From: an uncultured Clostridia bacterium
GTDB lineage: Bacteria > Bacillota > Clostridia > Christensenellales > CAG-314
Assembly: GCA_947586855.1 (NCBI GenBank)
Contig: CANPXV010000003.1
Coordinates: 24,274-88,273, forward strand
Direction of reading: 5' to 3'
Length of the DNA stretch: 64,000 bases
Position numbers and translations under genes: made by a program. Numbering within the stretch: position 1 is the stretch's first letter; every line of letters starts with the position of its first letter. The notes below the pieces were generated by a model. The model did no database searches and was not told the origin of the DNA. It saw only the letters and a list, made by a program, of their open reading frames with translations. Below, piece by piece: positions 8,876 to 17,874 of this stretch.

Positions 8876-11800
8876 ATGAAAAAATCAACTAAGTATATGC
8901 TTTTGGCGTTACTTTGCTGCTTGTGCATTGTCAGCACTATTGTGTTGGCAGCCTGCGGCGAGGGCGACCTCGAAGGCTACAAGCCGTCTTGGGCCGACAC
9001 CGAAGTAAAAGAAGATTTTGCATTGGATAAGTACGTCTACATCGACCAGGAAACGGGCGAGGGCGTAGACCCCATCAAGTGGTCATCCAACAACAATGCG
9101 ATTGTTCTTACGGAAAACGAAACCGATTGGACGGCCAAGGTCACACTTGGCGATGAGCGTCAAACGGTCGAGCTCACCGCAAAAGTCGGCTCGCACAAAA
9201 AGGTATTCACGGTGTATGTGGCCAAACTGACCGCCTCTGTCTTTGCCGACAGCTACACCTTCAAAAACGACAGAAAAACCCTTTCCAAGGATTTCGATCT
9301 GGACACCAGCTGCACCTTCCAAGGCAAAACTGCCACAATTTCTTGGGAAGTTGCCAACGAGGCCAGCGGGCACTACATCAAGGTCGAAGGTAACAAGTGC
9401 AAGGTCACTCCCAGCGGAATGAAGCCGGAGGTTCGTCTGCGCGCCACCTTCAAATACGGCACAGACGAGGTCAATCAAACCTACCGTTTCACCGTCTATG
9501 TGGACCTTGACGACGAGGCTCTCATCGACTATTGGTACAACAACACAGGCGTCAGCCAAGACCTCGAAGGTTACGTTGTTGCCATTGCCGAAAACGACTC
9601 CAACTATGCAAACGTCACTTTCTACATGGCAGATAAGAGCTGGAAAGCCGGCTACTATATCTTCCGCGGCGGTGCGGATGCTGCATGCCACGCCGCACTC
9701 AAAGTGGGCAGCTACGTTCGCGTAACAGGCACCACCAACACCAACTACAGCGGCCTCATCGAGACCAACCAGGGCGGCACAGTCACCGTTGATGCCGACA
9801 AGTCTGTCACCGAGGCAGAGGTTGCCAGCCATGTCTACGCAGTGGATAACGACCTCATTGGCGAAGTTCCCAGCACAGTCTATCACGAGTCTCAACGCGT
9901 TTCGCTCACTGGCTGGACTGTCAAAAACGTTTCCGCACCCGCAGGCTCCGCCAATTCCGAGACATTGATGACCCTCACCAAGGACGGCAAGGACGTCAAC
10001 GTTCAGCTCTCCGGCTACATGAAGGGCCACTACACACTCAAAGATGACAATTGGCAAGCCATCATCAACAAAGTAAAGGATCAGACGGGCAAACTGTGCA
10101 CAATCACCGGTATCCTGGGCAACTACCAGGGCAACTTCCAGGTATTGGCAATCAGCGCCGACCTCATCTCCTTTACTGATCCCGCACCCGTTGTTGAGGA
10201 AAAGCCTTATGTCAATTGGGATCCCAGTCAAGAATTGACAGGAGAATTCTATTTCGGCTTTGGCTATAACGGAACATACTACTTTGCGGGTGATGCCACA
10301 AACAGCAAATACAATATCTCTACAACAACAGATTTGAGCAAAGCGTACAAATTCAAGGTCGCCAAGAGTGGTGACGGTTACACCGTCCAACGCACAAGCG
10401 ACAACAAGTACCTTGGACTCAAAAAGAGTGGAAACAATATTAACGGCGGATACGTAGACGACGCATTCGTTTGGAAATATGATGAAGGTTTCAAAGGTTT
10501 CTACGCTAACTTTGATTCGAAAGATCGCTATTTGGGCAACTATTTGTCAAGCGATAAACTTAGAAATAGCGGCGATATCGCTCCGAGCGAAACATCCTAT
10601 ATAAACAAGGATGACGAGGCAAAAGCAAAAGTCGATGTTTCTCAATTTGTTGCAAGACTCTGCAAAGATAACCCCAACTACAAGGTATGGGCACCCGAGG
10701 CAGGCACTTACAAACTCGGTATGTACCAAAAGGGCTTGTATAAGACCCTGTATGCAACTGCCACCTTGGATGGCAGCCGTATAACGACGACTGATGATCC
10801 TACCAAGGCAGCAGACGTGGTTGTGGCAAAGGTTGCGGGTGGATACACTCTCAAACTTGGTACCAAGTTTATCGAGATTGAAGCCTACAAAAAGGATGAA
10901 ACCGCCAAAAACTTCTCCTACAAATTGGTACTTGTAGACACAGCAACAGGCGCATGGGTTTGGGACAACAGCCTTGCAAAAGGTATGTTTACATTCCTTG
11001 ACGATGTTGAGGGAGCAGAGGCTGCCTTCATTGGCACCTATGGCACATATGATACAATGAGCGCCAGCAGCACCTACTACATCACGGGTAGCAATGCAGG
11101 TAATGCAGATGTTTCTCAATTTCTTGCACGCATTGGCAGCATAAAAGAAGATACTTTTGTCGCTGCAAGAGACCCCGAAATTGTCGATCCCGATGCTGTC
11201 AAGGTGCGTGCGGCTGTTGATGAAATCAACGAATTGTTCTCCTCCAAGAGCATTGCCAAACTTGCCGATAACAAAAATATCAGCGGTCACTACATTCTTC
11301 CCGGCGATGTGGAGTTCACCCTTCCCGCCAAGAGTGGCGAAGTTTCCGTTTCATACAAACTTGTTTGGAACAACAGCTTCGTGACACTTGGCACCGATGG
11401 CAAACTGTCCATCAAGCCGGGCGACCTGCACGAACGTATCAACCTGCGTATCGACTTCAAACTTGGTAACTACTCCACCTACGAGTATGTCACTATCGAG
11501 ACGTACAAGCAAACCGACCAACAAATCGTTGATGCCGAAATGGGCGACCTTGTTTACGATAAGGCCATGTCTCAGGGTCAATCCGTCACTCTTCCATCCG
11601 AGGGCGCACGCTATCCCGGCGTCTCCATCGCTTGGAGTGTCGAGGGCAAAACCGACGCAGACAAGGCCAAGATGGACGGCATTTCCATCAACAATGACGG
11701 CAAGCTCGTCATCGATTGGGTAGCCCCCGGCGATGTCACCTTCATCCTCAAAGGCGTTGTAACCCGCGGCGACAAATCTGCCACCTACACCCGCGAAATC

Positions 11801-12841
11801 ACCGTTCCCAAGATCGTCGAGATCATGGGCGATGTAGAGATCGACTTCGTGTCTCGTTTTGCCACTTTCGACAAGACCAACGATTGGACGAGCAGCTATC
11901 AGGCTCACTCCGTACCCATTGGTTTGGACCTTGTTGTTGATTTCAGCAGGGCAGACTCTCAGTCCTCCACAATCACGGACCGTCCTGTCATCGCTGCCAA
12001 CAACAATACGCAATATGTAACAGCAACCCTCACGGGCGGTGGCAAGGACATCAAGTCTGTCAACTTCTCGCTCGCTCAATGGAACACCAAGACCTTCCAG
12101 TCCATGTACATCGAGACATCCAAGGACGGCAAGACCTGGACGGCAGTTGCCAATGTGGGCTTCAAAGATCAAGGTACGGGTATCGATGATGGCAAGTTTG
12201 TCGAAAACCTCACCGCTGATAACCTCGATGCCGGTGTGATCGCCGTTCGTCTGGCAATCGCCACCAAGGCTACCTCCAACACGCAAGTCGGTCTTACCTC
12301 CATCAAGCTCAACGTCCGTGAGAACACCAGCGTCAAGGCTCCAGTCAAGGCAGTTTACACACTTGATACCACTACCAATGAAGCAAAAGGCACCAACAGT
12401 TCATACGCAGGCAGCGGTAATGTGACGGTTGATGGTGTGACATGGAAAGGTGAAGGCAACCTGACAACGCAACCTTGGAGATTGGGTGGCAAAGCTACTA
12501 AGTCTAACGACACGGTCACCAAGTTGGAAGCTGCAAGACATATCACGAGCACAACTTCGGTAAACCACGACGTTGCTAAAGTTGTTTTGACTCTCGGCGC
12601 TGTCGGTATCACTGTTACGAAAGCAACATTTGAAGTTTTCACTTCTGATCCCGCAGTTGCAGGTGCAAAAGCCAGCTTCACTAAGGATTTCACTGCAAAC
12701 GTCAAGGCTAACGAAGTGATAGAGTTCGCTCCCGAAACAGGCACTTGGTCAAATTGCTATTACAGACTGACTTTCGAAGTGACTACTGAAAACACCAGTA
12801 ACGTATATGTCGAATTCAGCAGTCTTGCATTCTTTGCATAG
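8876..12841 (+). CDS. 1321-aa multidomain cell-surface lipoprotein, function unknown
   Basis: Lipobox VLAAC. Ig-like repeats; OB-fold-like segments (YVVAIAEND...VGSYVRVTGTTNTNYSGLIETNQGG; KLCTITGILGNYQGNFQVLAI); beta-trefoil-like and discoidin-like C-terminal segments. Domain calls were made by eye only. Confidence 0.65.
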   Translation: MKKSTKYMLLALLCCLCIVSTIVLAACGEGDLEGYKPSWADTEVKEDFALDKYVYIDQETGEGVDPIKWSSNNNAIVLTENETDWTAKVTLGDERQTVELTAKVGSHKKVFTVYVAKLTASVFADSYTFKNDRKTLSKDFDLDTSCTFQGKTATISWEVANEASGHYIKVEGNKCKVTPSGMKPEVRLRATFKYGTDEVNQTYRFTVYVDLDDEALIDYWYNNTGVSQDLEGYVVAIAENDSNYANVTFYMADKSWKAGYYIFRGGADAACHAALKVGSYVRVTGTTNTNYSGLIETNQGGTVTVDADKSVTEAEVASHVYAVDNDLIGEVPSTVYHESQRVSLTGWTVKNVSAPAGSANSETLMTLTKDGKDVNVQLSGYMKGHYTLKDDNWQAIINKVKDQTGKLCTITGILGNYQGNFQVLAISADLISFTDPAPVVEEKPYVNWDPSQELTGEFYFGFGYNGTYYFAGDATNSKYNISTTTDLSKAYKFKVAKSGDGYTVQRTSDNKYLGLKKSGNNINGGYVDDAFVWKYDEGFKGFYANFDSKDRYLGNYLSSDKLRNSGDIAPSETSYINKDDEAKAKVDVSQFVARLCKDNPNYKVWAPEAGTYKLGMYQKGLYKTLYATATLDGSRITTTDDPTKAADVVVAKVAGGYTLKLGTKFIEIEAYKKDETAKNFSYKLVLVDTATGAWVWDNSLAKGMFTFLDDVEGAEAAFIGTYGTYDTMSASSTYYITGSNAGNADVSQFLARIGSIKEDTFVAARDPEIVDPDAVKVRAAVDEINELFSSKSIAKLADNKNISGHYILPGDVEFTLPAKSGEVSVSYKLVWNNSFVTLGTDGKLSIKPGDLHERINLRIDFKLGNYSTYEYVTIETYKQTDQQIVDAEMGDLVYDKAMSQGQSVTLPSEGARYPGVSIAWSVEGKTDADKAKMDGISINNDGKLVIDWVAPGDVTFILKGVVTRGDKSATYTREITVPKIVEIMGDVEIDFVSRFATFDKTNDWTSSYQAHSVPIGLDLVVDFSRADSQSSTITDRPVIAANNNTQYVTATLTGGGKDIKSVNFSLAQWNTKTFQSMYIETSKDGKTWTAVANVGFKDQGTGIDDGKFVENLTADNLDAGVIAVRLAIATKATSNTQVGLTSIKLNVRENTSVKAPVKAVYTLDTTTNEAKGTNSSYAGSGNVTVDGVTWKGEGNLTTQPWRLGGKATKSNDTVTKLEAARHITSTTSVNHDVAKVVLTLGAVGITVTKATFEVFTSDPAVAGAKASFTKDFTANVKANEVIEFAPETGTWSNCYYRLTFEVTTENTSNVYVEFSSLAFFA

Positions 12842-12896
12842 CACGCTCTGACCATATCAAGCAACTGAATATTTGCTCCCAAGCCCCAGCGGCTTC

Positions 12897-12924
12897 AAAG
12901 GCTCCCCTTGCGGGAGCCTTTTTC
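12897..12924 (+). terminator. intrinsic terminator of the nuclease/ABC operon
   Basis: AAAGGCTCCC-cttgc-GGGAGCCTTT hairpin followed by a T-run. Confidence 0.7.
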
Positions 12925-13175
12925 CTATCCCCCTCCCACAAAAACCTCTTTCCCCGCCCCTGTCTCCCTCGCCCTCTTTCCCTTACCTTCTCTCTTCTCT
13001 CCTCTTCTCTTTTTTCCTATCATTTTCTTATTTATCCCTCTCGCCCTTTTCTTCTTTATTTAATTTTTTCTCCTTGTTTTTTTCTTTTATTTCTCACGTA
13101 AGTTTCTTTTCTTCCTCTCTCTTATTCTCTCTTTACTAAATTTCCCATTGTCCCTAAAACCCCGCCCTATGTCTG
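12922..13175 (+). repeat. polypyrimidine (C/T) tract, family member 1
   Basis: About 250 nt almost devoid of purines on the + strand (ctttcccttaccttctctcttctctcctcttc...). Starts at the terminator T-run. Confidence 0.8.
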
Positions 13176-13231
13176 TCATAGCTTAACCGTCCACCGCTGC
13201 ATTATCTAAATTGTCAACCGTGGTGCACGTA

Positions 13232-13260
13232 TTGCCATTTGCGGCGATTTGTGCTACAAT
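13232..13260 (+). promoter_or_regulatory. promoter of the GHMP kinase gene (apparently leaderless mRNA)
   Basis: TTGCCA (13232-13237), 17-nt spacer, TGcTACAAT (TACAAT 13255-13260). The ATG at 13267 lies 7 nt after the -10 and has no SD. Confidence 0.5.
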
Positions 13261-13266
13261 AGCACT

Positions 13267-14523
13267 ATGAAGCTGTTTTCCTGCTCAAACCAATTGTCGC
13301 CCTATCTTTTGCCGCTGTACGGGCGCAAAAATATTGCCGATTTGCGGCGTTTCGACGAGGTGCTGGCCAATTTTCGGCGGCTGTTTGGCGGCTCGCAGGC
13401 GCACGTTGTCAGTTCTCCCGGGCGATTGGAGCTGATCGGCAACCATCTGGACCACAACGGCGGCAAAGTGGTGGCGTGCACCGTCAATCTGGACATTTTG
13501 GCGGCCTTTTTGCCCAACGATCGGCAGCAAATCCGCATTTGCGGCAACGGGCGCAGCACTGTTACGCTACGTCTGGACGACCGCCAACATCACGGGCGCA
13601 GCGCAGGTCTTGTGCTGGGCGTGGTGCAATATCTGCAACAAAACGGCTACAACGTGGGCGGATTTGACGCCTACACCGATTCCGTCATCCCTACAGGCGC
13701 AGGGGTAAGCAGCAGCGCCGCCTTCGAGCTGGCCGTGGGCGCCATTTTGTCTGCGCTCTACAACCAAGGGGCCATCCCCGCCGAGACCCTTGCCCGTGCG
13801 GGGCAATATGCCGAGGTAAACTTTTTTGGCAAGCCGTGCGGCCTGCTGGATCAAAGCGTCATCGCTATCGGCGGCGCCGTTTTGCTGGATTTTGCCGACG
13901 GCCTGCGCCACACCCGCCTTGCGTTGCCAAGCGACCCCGTGCCCGTGCTCATCAACAGCGGCGGCAGCCACTCGCAACTATCCGCCCTGTATGCGCAGAT
14001 CCCTGCCGATATGCACGCCGTTGCCCGCTTTTTTTGCCGTCAGCGCTTGGTGGATGTGCCGCCCGACGCCTTTTTTGCCGCTTTCGACGCCGTTGTGCGC
14101 CAAGTGGGAGAGCTGCCCGCCCTGCGTGCCCGCCACTTTTTTACCGAGCAGGCCCGTGTGCAGCAGTTTGCCGATATGCTGTCTCCCACCGCCGAACGTC
14201 CCGACGACGCCCGACCCGACATCGAACACCCCGATATTGCCAAACTGATATCCCTTGTGGACGCCTCCGGCCAAAGCAGCCTGTGCGACCTGCGCAATTG
14301 CGCCGCAGACGAGCACGACACAGCCATCGCCGACATCATTTCGCTTGCGCACAGCCTTGCCCCCTGCGCCGCCCGAGTGCACGGAGGAGGTTTTGCGGGC
14401 ACGGTGTTGTGCCTTGTGCCCCGCATGCATTTGGACGCATTTGTATCCGCCGCTGCACAGCAACTTGGCGCCGACAAGATCCTGCCGCTGCGCCTTCGCT
14501 CTCTCCCCGTCACCGTCCTCTGA
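13267..14523 (+). CDS. galactokinase-family GHMP sugar kinase
   Basis: SPGRLELIGNHLDHNGG (galactokinase signature region), GHMP motif PTGAGVSSSAAFELA, C-terminal GGGFAGTVLCLVP. Confidence 0.8.
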   Translation: MKLFSCSNQLSPYLLPLYGRKNIADLRRFDEVLANFRRLFGGSQAHVVSSPGRLELIGNHLDHNGGKVVACTVNLDILAAFLPNDRQQIRICGNGRSTVTLRLDDRQHHGRSAGLVLGVVQYLQQNGYNVGGFDAYTDSVIPTGAGVSSSAAFELAVGAILSALYNQGAIPAETLARAGQYAEVNFFGKPCGLLDQSVIAIGGAVLLDFADGLRHTRLALPSDPVPVLINSGGSHSQLSALYAQIPADMHAVARFFCRQRLVDVPPDAFFAAFDAVVRQVGELPALRARHFFTEQARVQQFADMLSPTAERPDDARPDIEHPDIAKLISLVDASGQSSLCDLRNCAADEHDTAIADIISLAHSLAPCAARVHGGGFAGTVLCLVPRMHLDAFVSAAAQQLGADKILPLRLRSLPVTVL

Positions 14524-14574
14524 CCCCTCCCCACAAGCCATGCTTGTCGTGCTTTTCTCGTCCTTCCGACGTTC

Positions 14575-14600
14575 AGCCTCGCCCTGTGCGAGGCTTTTTT
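14575..14600 (+). terminator. intrinsic terminator
   Basis: AGCCTCGC-cctgt-GCGAGGCT followed by TTTTTT. Confidence 0.7.
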
Positions 14601-14784
14601 CTTCTTTTTTTTCGTCCCTTTTTATTTCTTCTTCTCTTCCTCTCCTTTTTTCTTTATCCTCTCTCTTCCTTTCTCTCTTCCTTTCCCATCTTCTTTTCTT
14701 TCTCTTCTCTCTTCCTTTCTTTCCCATCTTCTTTTCTTTCCTCTCCTCTTTTCTTTTTCTGCTCTCTTCCTTTTCTTTTTTTTC
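14596..14784 (+). repeat. polypyrimidine (C/T) tract, family member 2
   Basis: About 190 nt of C/T-only sequence beginning in the terminator T-run. Internal near-repeats (cttcctttc(tt)tcccatcttcttttctttc appears twice). Confidence 0.8.
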
Positions 14785-14880
14785 GGCACAGAGTGGGCGC
14801 AAAGGCTGGACGGGTAGGGTACACTCTAAACAAAAATCTTAGTAAAAATAAAAATTGTTTAGAATAACTAATCAAAACGT

Positions 14881-14909
14881 TTGACAATACCTTATCAATG
14901 CTATATACT
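14881..14909 (+). promoter_or_regulatory. promoter with long (about 175 nt) leader upstream of the HTH-cupin regulator/pot operon
   Basis: TTGACA (14881-14886), 17-nt spacer, TATACT (14904-14909). Same TTGACA-17-TATACT architecture as the two sRNA cassettes at 36.7/37.2 kb. Confidence 0.5.
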
Positions 14910-15087
14910 GTCATTGTTGCCCTTGGCAATCAATTTTATTTTCGCAAATGCAGCGTGCGCAAGTGGTGCACGGGCGCCGTCCGACGGGCGAGCGTGTTGT
15001 AGTTTGGCGTTTTGCCTCTGCGGCAAGGCGCACCGTAAATATTTTTGGTTTGGCCAAAGGGTATTTTTTGTTTTGGGAGCGTCGAAA

Positions 15088-15624
15088 ATGGTAGAAATCG
15101 GTCGAAAAATCAGACAATACCGACAGCAGCTGGACCTCACTCAGGAAGAGCTGGCGCAGCGCACGGAGCTGACCAAAGGCTACATCTCACAGTTAGAAAA
15201 CGACCTTTGCTCGCCCTCCATCGCCACGCTGGAAGATATCCTCAACGTATTGGGCGTCACTCTGCCGGATTTTTTTGCCGAGCAGCGCAGCGAGCAAGTT
15301 GTGTACACCCCGTCCGACTACTTTGTATCCAACAACGGCAGCGGGCAAAGCACCTGGCTGATACCCAACTCGCAGGTCAAGCAGATGGAGCCCATCGTGC
15401 TCACGTTGCAAGCGGGCCAGCAAAGCATGGAGCGCAGCCCCTTTGAGGGGGAGGAATTTGGCTTTGTGCTGCAAGGCTCGGTGGAGCTGTCCGTGGGCGA
15501 GGAGTGCTATCTTTTGCGCAAGGGAGAGTCCTTTTCGCTAAACGGCACCCGACAGCACGTCATCAAAAACGCACACAAAGGCGAAAGCAAAGTTTTGTGG
15601 GTAACAACCCCGTCTAATTTTTAG
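15088..15624 (+). CDS. XRE-family HTH + cupin-domain transcriptional regulator
   Basis: N-terminal HTH (IRQYRQQLDLTQEELAQRTELTKGYISQLEND) and C-terminal cupin barrel (EEFGFVLQGSVEL...). The ATG at 15088 is preferred to the ORF-track start. Confidence 0.8.
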   Translation: MVEIGRKIRQYRQQLDLTQEELAQRTELTKGYISQLENDLCSPSIATLEDILNVLGVTLPDFFAEQRSEQVVYTPSDYFVSNNGSGQSTWLIPNSQVKQMEPIVLTLQAGQQSMERSPFEGEEFGFVLQGSVELSVGEECYLLRKGESFSLNGTRQHVIKNAHKGESKVLWVTTPSNF

Positions 15625-15632
15625 GAGGCACC

Positions 15633-17090
15633 ATGGACGACAAAATCATCGAAATCAAAAACGTCAGCAAATCGTACGGCGACAAGCCCGTTGTCAAAAA
15701 CATTTCTCTCAGCATACGCCGAGGCGAATTTGTCACCTTGCTTGGCCCCAGCGGCTGCGGCAAGACGACCACGCTGCGCATGATTGCCGGCTTTGAGCAG
15801 CCCACAAGCGGCACAATACTGTTCAACGGCAAGGACATCACCGAGTTGCCGCCCCACAAGCGCAACATCAACACGGTGTTCCAGAAGTATGCGCTGTTTC
15901 CCCATCTCAACGTGTTTGGCAACATAGCGTTCGGCCTCAAAATGAAAACGGTGCCCAACGGCGAGCCCATCACCGACAAAAACGGCAACAAGGTGCAAAA
16001 AATGCGCCACCTCACCAAGGCGGAGATACGAGACAAGGTCAACAACGCCCTCAAAATGGTGGATCTGGAAGACTACGGCCACCGTGCGGTAAACAGCCTT
16101 TCGGGCGGACAGCAACAGCGTGTGGCCATCGCCCGAGCCTTGGTAAACGAGCCGCAGGTGCTGCTGCTGGACGAGCCTCTGGGTGCGCTGGACCTCAAAA
16201 TGCGCAAAGACATGCAGTTGGAGCTGATGCAGATGCACAAACAGTTGGGCATCACCTTTGTGTACGTCACGCACGATCAGGAAGAGGCCCTCACCATGTC
16301 CGATACCATCGTGGTGATGAAGGACGGCGAGATCCAGCAGATCGGCAACCCCACCAAGGTGTACGACGAGCCCGCCAACGCCTTTGTGGCGGACTTTATC
16401 GGCGAAAGCAACATCCTGAGCGGCACCATGGTCAAGGATTGTTGCGTGGATATATCCGGCCACAAATTTGAGTGCGTGGACAAGGGCTTCAAGTTCAACG
16501 AGCCCATCGACGTCATCGTTCGGCCGGAGGACATCAAGATCGTGCCCACCTCCGACAAGCAATGTCTGGTGGAGGCGGACGTGCTCAGCTGCGTGTTCAA
16601 AGGGGATCACTATCAGGTGACGGCCCTCACGCACGGCGACGAGCGCAACGAGGTGATCATCCACGACAATGTAGAGGTGCGCACAGGTGACACAATCGGG
16701 CTGTACATCAAGCCGTTCGACTTCCACATCATGCACAAATCCCGCCTCATCAACGAGCTGGACGGCGAGATATGGGAGCAAAACGTGGTGTACTTTTGCG
16801 AGGGCAAATTCCCCTGCGTCACAGACCTTGACGAGGGCACCAAGGTGCACATCAAGGTGGATTTTGACGACGTGGAGCTAACCGACGACGAGGAGGACGG
16901 CACCATCGGCGCCACGATAATATCCGCCATCTACAAGGGCAGCTATTGGCAGTACATTGTGCGCACGGACGACTACTACGACTTTTTTGTGGACAACGAC
17001 TACGAGTGGAGTATCGGCGACCGAGTGGGCATCAAGATCGCCCCGGAAAAGATTTTGTTGGAGGAGGTGCCTGATGAAAAAGAGGTTTAA
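15633..17090 (+). CDS. potA: spermidine/putrescine ABC transporter ATP-binding protein, unusually long (485 aa)
   Basis: GPSGCGKTT, LSGGQQQRVAIARAL, LLLDEPLGALD, VTHDQEEA. An insertion follows the Q-loop region, and the C-terminal domain is extended. Confidence 0.85.
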   Translation: MDDKIIEIKNVSKSYGDKPVVKNISLSIRRGEFVTLLGPSGCGKTTTLRMIAGFEQPTSGTILFNGKDITELPPHKRNINTVFQKYALFPHLNVFGNIAFGLKMKTVPNGEPITDKNGNKVQKMRHLTKAEIRDKVNNALKMVDLEDYGHRAVNSLSGGQQQRVAIARALVNEPQVLLLDEPLGALDLKMRKDMQLELMQMHKQLGITFVYVTHDQEEALTMSDTIVVMKDGEIQQIGNPTKVYDEPANAFVADFIGESNILSGTMVKDCCVDISGHKFECVDKGFKFNEPIDVIVRPEDIKIVPTSDKQCLVEADVLSCVFKGDHYQVTALTHGDERNEVIIHDNVEVRTGDTIGLYIKPFDFHIMHKSRLINELDGEIWEQNVVYFCEGKFPCVTDLDEGTKVHIKVDFDDVELTDDEEDGTIGATIISAIYKGSYWQYIVRTDDYYDFFVDNDYEWSIGDRVGIKIAPEKILLEEVPDEKEV

Positions 17091-17874
17091 GTTTCGCTTT
17101 TCTCGTCGGGCGTTTGCCTACCCCTACATGGCGTTTTTGCTGTTGTTTGTGGTGGTGCCGCTGGTGATAATACTCATCAACGCCTTTTTGGACGACGCCA
17201 ACAAGTTTACCTTCCAAAACTTTGCAGAGTTCTTTTCCGACGCAGGCGGCGGATTGACGGTGTTGGGCAACTCGCTGGTCATCGGGTTGGTGACAACGCT
17301 CATCTGCCTTGTGATTGGCTACCCATGTGCCTATTTGCTGGCCAAGTATCACGCCAAGAGCCGTGTGTTTGTGCTGCTGTTCATTTTGCCGATGTGGGTC
17401 AACTTCCTCATCCGCACCTTGTCTACCAAGGCGATATTTATGGCGCTGGACGTGGAGCTGGGCATGGGCACGGTGCTGTTTGGCATGGTGTACAACTACC
17501 TGCCCTATATGATATTGCCGCTGCACACCACATTGGTCAGTATCGACCACAGCTACATCGAGGCGGCCGAGGACCTTGGCGCCGACAAAATGACGGTGTT
17601 TCTCAAAACGGTGCTGCCCCTTTCCACCCCGGGCATTGTCAGCGGCATAACCATGACATTTATCCCCGCAATCAGCACCTTTGCCATATCGGAGATTTTG
17701 TCATCCAGCAAAATTTTCCTCTTTGGCGACGCAATCAACATGCACTTTTCCAAAACCACCAACAGCTTTGGCGTGGGCAGCGTGATGAGCCTTGTTATGC
17801 TGGTGCTGGTGATAGTGGCCAACATTGCTGTGGGCCTCACAAGTAAGGACGAGGAGGCGGCGAGCGTACTATGA
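17074..17874 (+). CDS. potB: spermidine/putrescine ABC transporter permease
   Basis: Six-TM permease with EAA region (SYIEAAEDLGADKMTVFLKTVLPLSTPG). The ATG at 17074 overlaps the potA end. Confidence 0.85.
   Translation: MKKRFKFRFSRRAFAYPYMAFLLLFVVVPLVIILINAFLDDANKFTFQNFAEFFSDAGGGLTVLGNSLVIGLVTTLICLVIGYPCAYLLAKYHAKSRVFVLLFILPMWVNFLIRTLSTKAIFMALDVELGMGTVLFGMVYNYLPYMILPLHTTLVSIDHSYIEAAEDLGADKMTVFLKTVLPLSTPGIVSGITMTFIPAISTFAISEILSSSKIFLFGDAINMHFSKTTNSFGVGSVMSLVMLVLVIVANIAVGLTSKDEEAASVL

Noticed and set aside
13836-14867. 343-aa Arg/Pro-rich + strand ORF
   Set aside because: It overlaps the GHMP kinase in another frame and runs into the C/T tract. Its composition is typical of an off-frame GC-rich reading, and it has no motifs.
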